DNA of 64,000 nucleotides. Source: Eledone cirrhosa (taxonomy: Eukaryota). Where the stretch lies: assembly GCA_964016885.1 (NCBI GenBank), contig OZ024740.1, positions 119,040,001-119,104,000 on the forward strand. Direction: 5' to 3'. Shown in pieces: positions 40,403 to 52,992 of the stretch (within the stretch, counting starts at the first letter, position 1; each line of letters begins with the position of its first letter). The notes under the pieces are model-generated. The model did no database searches and was not told where the DNA came from. It saw only the letters and a program-made list of their open reading frames with translations. The position numbers and the translations under genes are program-made.

Positions 40403-41082
40403 GGTAAATTTAATGCTCAAATGTGAATTAATAACTGACCATAACAAGTGTAAAGTAGAGTTTGTAGTATCAAATGCATGGCTACAGAATTATTTTACTG
40501 CAAACTACTGGAAAAGAAAGGATATTTATTTGACTCTTTTACAGAATTTCATGACTCACACCAGCTTGGATGAATTAGTTCCTTGTTGGTATTGTTTTTT
40601 GTATTTAGTTTACATCCTTATTCTTTTCTGTTTTATTTCTTTTTGCTTACTTTTGACATTTATGTTTTATACTTTTTTATGTATATTCTTGTATTTTGAG
40701 GTACACTAACTGTTATCAAATTGCTTTTTTCCATGGGTGTTAAAACATTCCAGCTTTTACCCCTTTTTCAACAGCAGAGTTAGGTGACGAATAGCTCTCT
40801 GTGATCTAAGTTTAAATTCCACTAAGTTCAACTCTGCTTTTACCCATCTGTGTTGATAGAATAAAGCTCCTGTTCAGAATGGTGGATTGGCAAAGTAGTT
40901 AGAGCATTGAATAAGATACCTTGAAGTATCTGTTTCTGATTTCGAATTCCACTGTTTTCTACATGAGTGGTAAACTTAATCTGTTATCTAGTTTAAAACC
41001 ACCACCTGGCTATTTGATGACTTTAATGGATACTTTGTTGCCAATATTCAGGTCAGGTATCCGGTTCATGGATACCATTCAC

Positions 41083-41144
41083 CTTTTAACCAGTAGTCTT
41101 GGAGATCGTGAAAAGTATCATGGGTGCTGCTTTTCCATCTCTGA
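41083..41144 (-). CDS. Candidate 62-nt coding exon (phase 2-1), in frame with 25307-25468
   Basis: Strong acceptor ttttgtttctgctttctag; only one open frame, QRWKSSTHDTFHDLQDYWLK; donor AAG|gtgaat. Confidence 0.45.
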
Positions 41145-41471
41145 CTAGAAAGCAGAAACAAAAAACTTCAAGTAAAAGAGAAAATATTTTGTTCAATATT
41201 ACTTTTGAAATGCTTTCAGATATATTAAATTTTTTTTCACTTCTACTTAATCATGTTTTCTTATTTAATATGCTTGAATTAACTAAATGTTATTTTCGTC
41301 ATTTAAATTGGAAAGTACTATCCAAATTTGAGCACATATCGGTAGCACAACATGCATTCTTGCTCTTTTATAGCTACTTTTCAACCTGGGCAATACCAGG
41401 CATTCCACCAATGTATATATATATATATACATATCATCATCATCATCATTTATATATATATATATGTATGG

Positions 41472-41504
<33 letters not shown>

Positions 41505-43660
41505 TGGAGAAAGAGATGGAGAGAGAGAGTGTGTGAGAGAGAAAGAAATCTATATGTGATGGTGAGGTATGATGATGTTGATGATGTAGATCAAAAATAA
41601 GAAGTTATTTATGAAGTTGATAAAAATAATGGTATATTTTGATGGATGATTCTATTCTGTAGTGCATATGAACATTTAGCAATGAAACATTTAATATAGA
41701 AGAATAAATGCAATATAATGGGATACAAAATAAATCATTTAACTGAATATTTAAATGCCATCACACATATGCACACAATAATAGTGATACATATACATAC
41801 ACACATATATATATATATATATATATACACATATTCACATACACATGCACATAATAATAGTTACAAATAATATACATACACTTGTACATATAATAACAGA
41901 AACATGCACATGCGCACATACATATACAGATGCAATAATAGACAAACCATTATAGTGATAAGGCTTGAAATAAAAAGGCCTATATATTAAAACTGTTTGA
42001 TGGTACAATGAACAACAATAAATCTCAAATAACTCAGAAACCCTCAATTTATTAAAAGTTGGAAACTTTCACATGATCTTAATGTAAAATTCTTACTTTT
42101 TCTGTAAAGATACATTTTGAACATTGCCACAAATTGCCTCAAATTTTGGATGTTGGAGTCAATTATAGTGGTGGCCCCTTTAACTGTATAATACTGATTT
42201 AATCAATTGTTGAAGGCTTACAAGCTAAGTCATTCACAGCAGATTTTGAAATCAACAGGCTTAAAATTTTGAATGGCAAGAGTTTATTGTATTTATTGAC
42301 CCCCAATTACTGACTGGTATTTATTTAATTTACAAGACAAGCTTTACAGGATTTGAACCGAGAATTCATTATATTGCAAATAATTGATGTTATGTGGAGA
42401 AATGTGCAATTTATCAAATATAGATTATTCAAGTATTCTATAATAGATAATGTATAGATTTTCTTGACAGATCTTTTGTTTCATAATAACATAATCGAAA
42501 CATATATGTCCAATTTGATCTAGGATTGCTCCATCTATTTAATATAATGGGCAGGAGATCAGCCATCTATATATAAATATAGATGGCTGATCTCCTGGCC
42601 ACAGGAGTACAATTGATTATGAAGGCTGGAATTGGTGATGGCTTGTGATTATCTGCAACTACACACAAACAATGATGATGATGCTAATTATTATAGAAAA
42701 ATATTATTTTTTGCTATTGAAACAGTGCAATGAATGGAAATTTCCCCTATTTGACTGAATATCCATCAATATATTGCTAATCTCTTTCAATATACCATAG
42801 CTAGTTTCATAGTAAAGTGTTATAGCCCTTCAGTCTTCTCTAATTAATTCTGATAATTATTTTATCAATAAAGAAGTCTACAGTACCATCTAGCATGGTG
42901 GAATATCAGCCAAATCTCCCTCATATGGCCTACCTTCTTAAAAAGATGAAAAAGACATTGCAAGTTGTTGTTTATGTACTGCACCTGAAACTGAATGGAA
43001 TAATTCTAGCTAGAATACTTTTGATAAAAAAAACCTGCTTGATCAGGGCTGATCTTGGGTAAGTAACAATGACAGAACAGGGGAAAGCAAAAAGGAAGAG
43101 ATCCTATACTTATTAGTAGGGTTATCGATTAGACAAACTCAAGCAGACCTATGGTGAAAACATTCCAGATTTGATCATCCTATAATATTGTATATGCAAG
43201 CCTACATTGTGAAATGTGTCCTTTCTGTTTTAAGATGGTGGGGTATGGTTTGAAGAAAACCAGATGCTACTTCTAACAGAGCAAATAACCATATAGAGGC
43301 ATTGGTTTTGCCTCGGGCTTGTAAATTAATACAGGAAAGGGTTATCCCTAATAGCTGGTTTAGCTGTATCATTGGAAATGTCTAAGAGAGTAAATAGATG
43401 CATTGGATAGAAGAAACTACAATAGCTTCACACTGACAGTCAATTTTTGAAAGTATTTGAGAGTTTGCTTGATTAAGAAATACTGTAGATATTTATTGGG
43501 TGGTAGAATAACATGTATTTTACTTATCTAACTACTGTAAAAGAATGTTTCAAGCAAAGGATTCAAATTTTCAGTTGTCAGTCAGACAAGTAACATTATG
43601 TTGCCTGAATATAACAAGGAAAAAAGGTGGCAAATTGAAAGAGCAATTAGGATATCTGGG

Positions 43661-43815
43661 TAATAATTGTTTCTACTCTAGGCACAAGGCCAGCAAATAT
43701 TCAGTACATTACTGGTACTTTATTTTATCGACCCCCATAAGGATGGAAGGCAAAGTTAACCTCAGCGGGATTTGAACTCAGACTGTAAAGGGACGTAACT
43801 ATGCTGCTAATTCAC
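43661..43815 (-). mobile_element. S1 SINE
   Basis: S1 motifs present. Confidence 0.85.
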
Positions 43816-44652
43816 CCTATCTGGGTAATATTGCCTCAGCATTTGTTCTGGCTCACTGTGTTCTGAGTTCAAACACCACCAAAGTCAACTTTGCCTTCAA
43901 TCCCTTTGAGGTTGATAGATGAATGACTAATCCAGTACAAGCGTTGATTCTCCCACACACTCTTTCTCCCTTTGGAAGAAATTGGCTGTGTTCTGACCAG
44001 GAGTATGTTGGTCACTGCGAGGTTTAAAATGTCCATGGCATGCTGCATGGCACTCCTATATTTCCACCAGCAGTTAAATGCCTTTTATCTACTAACACAG
44101 GAATGGGTCAGTTGATATATATGGAATAATCATTTAAATGGTAAATAGAAAGTGTAGTGGATAACAAAAGAAGATTAAAAAATGTGTAGTGAAGTCAGAT
44201 CTTTAGATCCTGGACTTCAAACGCTAGATGACATTGAATCAAGATGTATAAGGATTTGCCATGCTACTGAGGCCTTCAATTTATGTTAACATGAAAAACA
44301 GATGTTAAAAATATGTTGTTGTTTATGGTTAAGATGATGATGACAATGATATTTATGATAATATTGGTGATGAAAATGATGATAATGACAACGATAAATT
44401 TAGTAATGATGATGATGATGAGGATGACAATGATGTTCATGATGATAACAAGGATAATGAAAATGATCCCAAAATGTTTCAGAAAAACAAAGAGAGTAAT
44501 GATTTATTGATCTTAGATTTTGTTAAAAAAAGAAAAAATGATTTGTACATTTTAGCTAACACAAAATGTTATTCTTCTACAGTTTTCTGTATCTGTCCAC
44601 AAACATCCACTTACTAGCTACATGGCACATGTTTATTATGGCCCAATTTAAA

Positions 44653-44840
44653 ATAATTGTTTCTACTTTTGGCACAAGGCCAGCAATTACCCAGTGTATT
44701 ACTGGTACTTTATTTTATCGACCCCATAAGGATGGAAGGCAAAGTTAACCTCGGTGGGATTTGAACACAGAATGGCAAGGGCCATAACTCTATGCATCAA
44801 AGCATGGCGTCCGGCCCTCTACCAATACTGCCAATCCCCC
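44653..44840 (-). mobile_element. S1 SINE
   Basis: Highly similar to 2853-3040 and 55157-55342. Confidence 0.9.
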
Positions 44841-44897
44841 TGTAAAATAAAAAGGAATATTACATTAGTGAGTACTAAATGATATATGTATATACAT

Positions 44898-44944
<47 letters not shown>

Positions 44945-45002
44945 CGGGGTAACAAATAATAGTTAAATGCAGTATAGCAAACCATGTCAACCTTCTTTCC
45001 TG

Positions 45003-45079
<77 letters not shown>

Positions 45080-45272
45080 TACATATATATATGGATACAT
45101 ATATATATAAATGTAAGTATGTATGTATACATATATATATGCACGTATCGGTTTACCGAACATTTATTATAATGGTCAGTTTGTTTTTTTGTAAACAAAC
45201 AAACAGCCCGGATTACGCCGTACAGTGTTTAGGCAACCACGTCACCTTTTTGTTCAACACTGACACAGGAAC

Positions 45273-45311
45273 GATGTACTAGTTTCAAGCTTATTAGCTA
45301 TCGTCAGCATC
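45273..45311 (-). ncRNA. Minimal type I hammerhead ribozyme
   Basis: GATG-CTGACGA-t-AGCT-aata-AGCT-t-GAAAC-TA-GTA-CATC; palindromic helix III ACTAGT; predicted GUA cleavage triplet. Confidence 0.8.
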
Positions 45312-46544
45312 ATATACCTTCCTGCCAGATGATTGAACCTCTGAAAGTATATACTTTCCTTATGCATATTAACGACTGAGCAGCCTAATTTGCATATTTG
45401 CTTCCTTGGCACTTTTTACATAGGTGTGTAAATTTTCATGTCCGTCCGACCACGTCTACTACCATTTAACCGTGCACATCTGAATTTCAACCACCACCAA
45501 TTTCACAAATATATATTAGATTTGTTTCCTTTACCGGTTTCGCAGTTCTTCTGCTTTTCAAAAGTAGAGATGAGATGGAGGGTCTGTGGTTTTTCTCACA
45601 TCTGGTTGGTCTTTGAATGTTAGTTGTTTTATATGGCAAAAAGTGGCTCGAAATGCCAGGTTTTTAGAGAAGTAATTTGATTGGTTGGTGAATAAGTATA
45701 ATACATTTTGCGCCAGTTCGAGTTACAAAGTTCTTGGAACAAAGTGTGTGTGTGTGTGTGGGGGGGGCTCAGGTTGTTTTTTCATATATGAGTGAAGTTT
45801 GGTTGGTTGATGCAGTCACGTGAACAAGCACATCAGCTTTCGCGCCAGTTAGTGTTTGAATTTCTTTTTACTTAAAAAAAGTGGGTCACGAAGGCTCTTT
45901 TTAAAAAAAGTAATTTGATTGGTTATAAATGAAATTATGACTGTCACGTGAACAAGTTCATTAATTTTCGTGCCCGTATTTGCGAATTTGTTTTGTAGCC
46001 TTTTAGAGAATTTTGTGGCAAACAAAAGCTAATGGTCAAGAGAAATGGGATGGGAGAATTGTTCTGGTTCAGTGAATATGGCTGGTTTGCTGGGGTGTCA
46101 GAATTCAGACTTTCTATTGAAATAAAGAAAGTAGAGATATGTATGTTTATTTGTGTGTGTGTGTGTAGGAAGATGATTAGTAGAAATGGGGGAGGGAGTT
46201 GTGTGTATGTGTGTGTGTGTATGGGTGTTGTGTGTGTGTATATGCGTGTTATGTGTGTGTGTGTATGAGGTGTGTGGGAGTATGGTTAGCATGTTAAGAT
46301 GGAGAGAATATATATATATTTTTTTGTGAGTGTGTGTGTAGGAAAATCATTCCGTTAGTAGAAATGGGGAAGGGAGTTATGTGTGTGGGGGGGGGGGGGT
46401 TAGCATGTTAAGGTGTTAGAGTATTAACGTATGTTAAGGTTTATTTAGTTCTGGTTTTTATTTTCTAAAGTAGGTGTTATGAGATATGTGTGTGTATGTG
46501 TCTGTTTGGATGGTTAGCACGTTATGGTGTTGACATAATGTATA

Positions 46545-47050
46545 TTAAACTATATTTAATGCTGGTCTATATTTTTGAATAAACATATTTTCCCTATTTA
46601 TTCGTATTTGTTCTGTTGTATTGTCAGCGCAAAGGTAAAATGGGAAGACTTTGAATTTGGGTGTCTTATTATTTGCGCATATGTCTAGATGTGCATTTAG
46701 TGGTATCTGTCTCATAGTTGGATCTCTTAATTGTTGGCAATGAACTATCATTATGTTTCTTAGTGTGAGATTAGTTTGTCTATATAATCTTCATTGCATC
46801 CTTTACATTTAATGGCATAAAGTAGATTTTTTGATGAGCAAGTGAAGTGATTTTTTACAGCAAAATTTTGTCCTGATTGAAATGTATACATGTTGCCTTC
46901 AATGAGGTGAGTGCAGGTTCCACAATTAGAGTGACCACATTTTTTGACAGTTGGTTGTGGGTTTGTGGTAGATAATTTGGCATTGGTGAGTAATGTTTTT
47001 AGTGATTTTGGTTGTCTTTTGCTTTTGATTATTTTGTGTGTTTCAAGGGC
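46545..47050 (-). pseudogene. Penelope-like GIY-YIG endonuclease with CxxxxCxxC linker
   Basis: SKRQPKSLKTLLT...KCGHSNCGTC...FTCSSKNLLYAIKCKGCNEDYI(G, 1-nt deletion)QT...VH...HL...RENMFIQKYRPALN. Confidence 0.88.
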
Positions 47051-47569
47051 TGAACACTGATGTGCTTATTCACGTGACTGCATCAACCAACCAAACTTCA
47101 GTCATATATGAAAAAAACAACCTGAGTCCCCCCCCCCCCTGTTTGAACAACTTTGTAATGCGAACTGGCGCAAAATGTAATATACCTATTCACCAACCAA
47201 TCAAATTACTTCTCTAAAATCCTGGCATTTCGAGCCACTTTTTGCCATATAAAACAAGTAACATTCAAAGATCAACCACATGTGAGAAAAACCACAGACC
47301 CTCCATCTCAACTCTACTCTTAAAAAGCAGAAGAAATGCGAAACCAGTAAAGGAACCAAATAAATATATATATATTTAAAAAAAAAAAGACTCCAGTTGC
47401 ATTTTCGATTTCATCTTTTTTCCTTATATATATATGGTGGCTGCCAACTCGTTTTTGAGTACTCACTACTTTATATCCATGTAGGAGAACCCCTACCGAT
47501 GCGCTGAATGAGTGTGACTTTTTAGTCCAGCCAGCGATTTGAAAACTATGGTACAAACAGTACACTTGT

Positions 47570-47844
47570 GACAATTATTGACACATAGTGCTGGGCCCAT
47601 GGTATCATGTGACAACAAGTGCAAAGAGATCTCCAGATATAAAGCAATGCCTGTGCCGTGAAGCTTTTATAGTGAGCAAAGGCACTGCTCATAGCCTGTC
47701 CCACCCTCTTAGCGAAGATGATATTTACCAAAAAGAAGAACAAGTCAACATCATTGGATACCATCAGGGTTGCAGGTGTTATATCAGAGTTTTCCTTCCC
47801 CTAGAATTCTGCCTTGACAAAGGCTAAGGGGTCATCTCTCCTGG
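47570..47844 (-). mobile_element. Retroelement 5' UTR-like structured segment (homologous to 52710-52992)
   Basis: CCCCTTAGCCTTTGTCAAGGC...TCTAGGGGAAGGAAAACTCTGATATAACACCTGC...ATGATGTTGACTTGTTCTTCTTTT. Confidence 0.6.
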
Positions 47845-47878
47845 ATATATATATATATACATACGTACATACATACAT

Positions 47879-47934
<56 letters not shown>

Positions 47935-48225
47935 GAAAAAGTGAATGGATGATAATTTATTGACTTAGATGAAATAAAACAATAATTAGTAATAACAAGA
48001 GAGATGTAAACAGTTCAGAAAACCTCTCAAAAAACATCAATAGCAACATAACAGAATCAATTTGTGTTTGATAAGCACTCAGACAATATAAATTGCTGGA
48101 TTAATCACTATATAGTTTAGAGATTTTAGTAACAGTAATCAATGATTAAGATGGTGATTAAATAGACAGAAAATGCACTACATACTACTACTACTACTAC
48201 TACTACTACTATAGCAATAATAATA

Positions 48226-48515
48226 ATAATTGTTTCTACATTTGGCACAAGGCCAGCAAATACCCAGTGCATTACTGGTACTTTATTTTATCGACCCCGT
48301 AAGCATGAAAGGCAAAGTTAACCTCGGTGGGGTTTGAACTCAGATTGTAAAGGGACGTAACTATGCTGCAAAGCATAGCGTCCGACCCTCTACCGATACT
48401 GCCAATTCACATAGGCACAAGGCCAGCAATTAGGGGGAGGTGAAAGTTGAATGTTGGTGTGTTACTAGTGCTTTCATTTATTGATGCCATAAGGATGAAA
48501 GGCAAAGTAGACCTA
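48226..48515 (-). mobile_element. Two tandem S1 SINE copies
   Basis: S1 motifs at 48226-48410 and 48411-48515. Confidence 0.85.
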
Positions 48516-48760
48516 TATATATCCTCCTTAGCATCAATGTTTTATGTACATTGATCATGCTGGCATGAAAAGGACAGGTTATCACATTCTGGGAGGAGAC
48601 ATGTTAGATGATGATGTTGTTTTCTATCACTGGATACTTTTCCTAAGAAGATCTACATTAGAACATATACTGGGTGCATTTAGTCACTACCACTATACAC
48701 ACACATGCACCCCCTTCCATATATATATATGGAATTGGGTGCATGTGTGTATATATATAT

Positions 48761-49747
48761 ATATCACGATAAATTAACGGAGCCATAGACTCTTGCTATT
48801 CCCCGTTAGTAATGTGCTCAAAGGAGAAGGAATCCCGAGCCCTTTATAATACAATATGTTGAAAAGATAACACACCAGAGAGAGAGATAGTGCGCCATCA
48901 ATCAAACAGGGAAAAACCACCAGTGTATGGAATCTATAGCCCATGGAAGGCAGAGTAGACACACAATAATTAAAAGTATGAATTAAAGTGTAAATAGCAT
49001 TAAAGCAACCGTCCAGCTACACGTGGGAGAGAGAATTCACAGCGTGCCTAGGGCAGTAACCAGTGGCCTCTGAGGGACAAGCTGCTAGAAAGGGCAGCCC
49101 AAACCACTCAGAGAAGTGTGCTCAACCAAACAGAGAGAGAGGAAAGACTGTTATAAGAAGCAAAATATCACGATAAATTAACGGAGCCATAGACTCTCGC
49201 TATTCCATGTCAGTAATGTGCTCAAAGGAGAAGAAATCCCGAGCCCTTTATAATACAATATGTTGAAAAGATAACACACTAGTGAGAGAGATAGTGTGCC
49301 ATCAATCAACCAGGGAACATTACTGATAGGGAATATCGAGTCTATGGCTCCGTTAATTTATCGTGCTATTTCGCTCCTTATAACAGTCTTTCCTCTCTCT
49401 CTGTTTGGCTCTGAGTGGTTTGGGCTGCCCTTTCTAGCAGCTCATCCCTCAGAGGCCACTGGTTACTGCCCTAGGCACGGTGGGAATTCTCTCTCCCATG
49501 TGTGGCTGGACGGTCGCTTTAGATTCTCTTAGAGTAGTCTGAAATGTATAGCCTTACACACGCTGATGAACAATGGGCTAATCATTTCTGTCAACAACCT
49601 ATTTGGTGAAACAGATATTTTTGGATTTATACGTGTGTGTTAGATAGTTATCGAGGTATGTATTTACACTTTAATTTATACTTTTAATTATCGTGTGTCT
49701 TCTCTGCCTTCCATGGGCTATAGATTCCATACACTGGTGGTTTTTCC
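48761..49747. repeat. Partial tandem (404-bp period) plus inverted copy of a non-coding unit of about 540 nt containing a hammerhead
   Basis: 48761-48922 repeats at 49165-49317. 49318-49747 is an inverted copy carrying an extra ~136-bp segment (49522-49657). Confidence 0.9.
49556..49638 (+). ncRNA. Type I hammerhead ribozyme with extended helices II and III
   Basis: Helix I ACACACG/CGTGTGT; CTGATGA at 49563; helix II ACAATGGG...CCTATTTGGT; GAAA at 49608; helix III ACAGAT/ATTTAT (one C-A mismatch); predicted cleavage after A49631. Confidence 0.8.
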
Positions 49748-52663
49748 AGCCTTTCATATGCAGGGAGAAACCCTTTTTCATCAACAGAAGCAGCAGCTCC
49801 CTAAACTTCTTCCAACCTGTCCTTAATCTATATACTATGGCCTCGGAATACCCCCCTCCCATGCTAATCTGGTCTACTAGGTACCGGAAGCTATCAACCA
49901 CTTCTATAGCACCCACCTGCATTTGAAAAATGTGTCTATCAATGCGACTTCTACTGTCTAATTTCCTTCTACATCTACTGCATACGTATTTATCCCTACC
50001 TGTTAGTTTGCCTGCTATCCCACTACATCTCTTGTGTACCCAAGATCTGCATTGTGTGCATTTCATAGAATTTATGCCAGTTGCTTTCTGCATATCGAAC
50101 ATGGCCATTTCTCTGGCGGAATCAGAGTTTTGTCCTCTTTTCTACTCATCAACACTTTTGTCTTAGCTAAGTTCACTCTCAGTCCTCATGATTCCAACTG
50201 GTGTTTCCATAGCCAGAATGTATTCTCTAGCTCCTCTACTGATTCTGCTTTAAGAACCAGATCGTCAGCATAGAGAAGTTCCCATGGACAGCCAGTCTTA
50301 AACTCCTCTGTTATGGCTGGAGGACTATAATGAACAAGAGCGGGCTGAGGACAAACCCTGATGTACTCCTACTTGTATCTGGAATTCCTCACTAAACTCC
50401 ATTCCTACCCTGACTTTACTGAGAGCACCTCTGTACAAAGCTTGCACTGTCCTCCCAAGCCATTCCTCAACACCCAGCTTCCTTAGGGACCACCAGATGA
50501 CAAATTGGGGTACCCTATCAAAGGCCTTCTCTAGGTCAACAAAAACTAAGTATAGTGGCTTATTCTTCCCTAACAACCTCTCTTGTAATTGTCTCACCAA
50601 GAAGAGGGCATCTGTTGTACTTTTCCCAGGCACAAAACCAAACTGCATCTCATCTAGTTTGACCCTTTCTCTAATTAGTTGTGCTAATATCCTTTCTGGC
50701 ACTTTCATATCCTGATCCATCAGTTTTATACGCCTATAATTGCTCCTCTCCGGGGTATCCCCTTTACCTTTGTAGCCATTTATGAGAATACTGCTGCACC
50801 AGTCTTTGGGTATGACACCACCATATATAGCCTGATTTATGATGCTTGCAACCAATTTAGTGCCTACGTCCCCTGATCCCTTCAGCATCTCAGCACCTAT
50901 CCCTGATGGTCCAGCGGCCTTACCATTTTTCATTTCCTTATCGCCTCTTGGACCCTATATTCGTCAATCTCAATAGCTGGTCCCTCTGTCGGATCTACTG
51001 AGGGTAATTTCTCTCTCTCCCATTCGTTCTCCACATTCATCAGTCTCTCATAATGACATTTCCAGGCCTCCTTTTTCTGATTATTTGTGACACTAAGTAC
51101 ACCAGCATCATTCCCGACGCATTTATCTGCAACAAACAACCAGATTTGGATTGACACACTGCCTTGCAATGTGGAACACCACATGTCTCTGATCTTCCCA
51201 TCGCAGAACATTGGGAAACCTCCTACTCTCAGCCTCCCTGCGTGCTAAGTACACCTGCGTGCTAAGTACACATTCTCTCTTAGCGGCTGTATATCCTCCT
51301 CTGCATCCACCCTATTTCCAAGCCTTCCATGCCAGTCGTTTTTCCCTAATGGCCCTATCTACCGTGCTGTTCTACCATCAGGTCACTCTCTGTCTGGTTG
51401 GAGCTCTGCTCCAGCCACAAGTTTCATCAGTAGCCTGCAGTAAGTTGTCACGTAAGAAATTCCAGTTATCATCTAGTCATATGACTCTAAATCGTCTTCT
51501 TTTTCATCATACACATCTTGTAGGACTTTCCTAAATTTGTATTTTAGTGAAAGCTTTTTTAGCTTCCAGACCTTTCTTCTCCACACCTTCCTGTATGTCT
51601 CTAATGACTAACCTGTGCTGTGGGGTACATTCTTCCCCAGGGTATGCCTTGTTATTTGACACCATCTGCCTGTCTCGCTGCCTAACTAGGAAGAAGTCAA
51701 TCTGGCTTATGTGCTCTCATGATTTGTAGGTTATTAAGTGGTTTGTAGGTTATTGGCAGGTTTCTGGAGGTTAGTGTTGCAAATGGTTAGTCTATTTGCA
51801 TCACAAAATTCAAGAAGTCTCAATCCTTCTTCATTTCTGGAGCCGTACTCTGCCCACCATGTACCTCAGTGTAACCATCCTGGAGCTGTCCAACATGACC
51901 ATTGAAGTCCCTCTACTAGTATAACAATGTCTCCATCCTCTGTCATTGCGGCTGTTTGAAAAAGTTGCTCGTAAAAGCAGTCTTTCTCTTCTTTACCCAG
52001 GCCTGCCTGGCGAGCATAATCAGAGATGATTGTCAGTAGTCTCCTGCCTACAACTAATCTAAGCTTAATTATTTTATTATTAACTCAAACTACCTCTATT
52101 GTCTTATCGATGCATCTCTCAGCCAGGAAGATGTCTACTCTCCCTAACCCATCATCCTTACCTACCCAGAAAAGCTTATAACTAAGATGTTTTCCTACGA
52201 TTAGTCTCGCAGAGGCACCTCTCCATCTCACCTCTTGCATGCAGCACACATCCACATGCCTTCTCTCCAGCATCTCTGCTATCTCACAAGATCTGCCTGT
52301 GAGAGTGCCAACATTAAGTGTTGCAACTCTGAGATGCGACCTCTTCATATTCTTGTTCCTTTTCCTGTAGTGGGATTGCTTGAAGACGGTCGGGTGGTTC
52401 TCGCACATGGCCGCACCAGCCACCCCACTACCGGACGCAACCCTAACATATTAGTGTTATTGCTCTTTACTCAGTTATTGCGATATATATTTGTTGTTGT
52501 GCTCATAATTGTCTTGGCATTAATACACTGGTTGGATGCCCTTCCTAACACCAGTGCCACTTTACAGCATGGACTGGGTGCTTTTATTCATGCCACCAGC
52601 ACTAGAGAGGATGTCTTACTGGACTCGTTAGCCCTCTACCCCTCCATTTTACAGGATGGTCAT
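49748..52663 (-). mobile_element. RTE family B copy with intact 5' end, 3'-truncated and frameshifted
   Basis: ORF pieces 52085-52423 (APE), 50325-50933 (RT) and 49748-50108 (PHD and C-terminal), colinear with 12585-15357. Confidence 0.95.
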
Positions 52664-52709
52664 AACAATAATAACAATAATAATAACACTATTAATAGTT
52701 ATTAATTAA

Positions 52710-52992
52710 TGCAATCGTGCAATCCTGTGTGTGAAGAATATTTTTAAAGTAAGGAAAGACTCTGCATTGAGCCAATCCCACTCTCTGAGTGATAGTAGCT
52801 ATAACCCGAAAAGAAGAAAAGATCAACATCATCGATAACTACTGAACCGCAGGTTTTATGTCGGAGTTAACCCAGTTTCCTGAGATGCATTCTCCTAGAA
52901 GAATGCCCTGACACGGGCTAAGGGTCCTTCACTCCCAGTGGTTTAACTGCGCAATCGGGCATCCAGCCCGATTATTTTTATGTCCCAGCGCA
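52710..52992 (-). other. GC-rich structured non-coding segment, probably a retroelement 5' UTR
   Basis: Hairpins AATCGGGC/GCCCGATT, GCCC-gtgtca-GGGC and GCATTCTT/GAGAATGC; homologous to 47570-47844. Confidence 0.6.

Larger units (their letters stand above)
45140..47377 (-). mobile_element. 5'-truncated Penelope-like element (Neptune-type) with hammerhead-bearing 3' region and an inverted partial copy
   Basis: GIY-YIG coding remnant 46545-47050, HHR 45273-45311, inverted repeat 45507-45836 versus 47057-47377. Confidence 0.85.
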
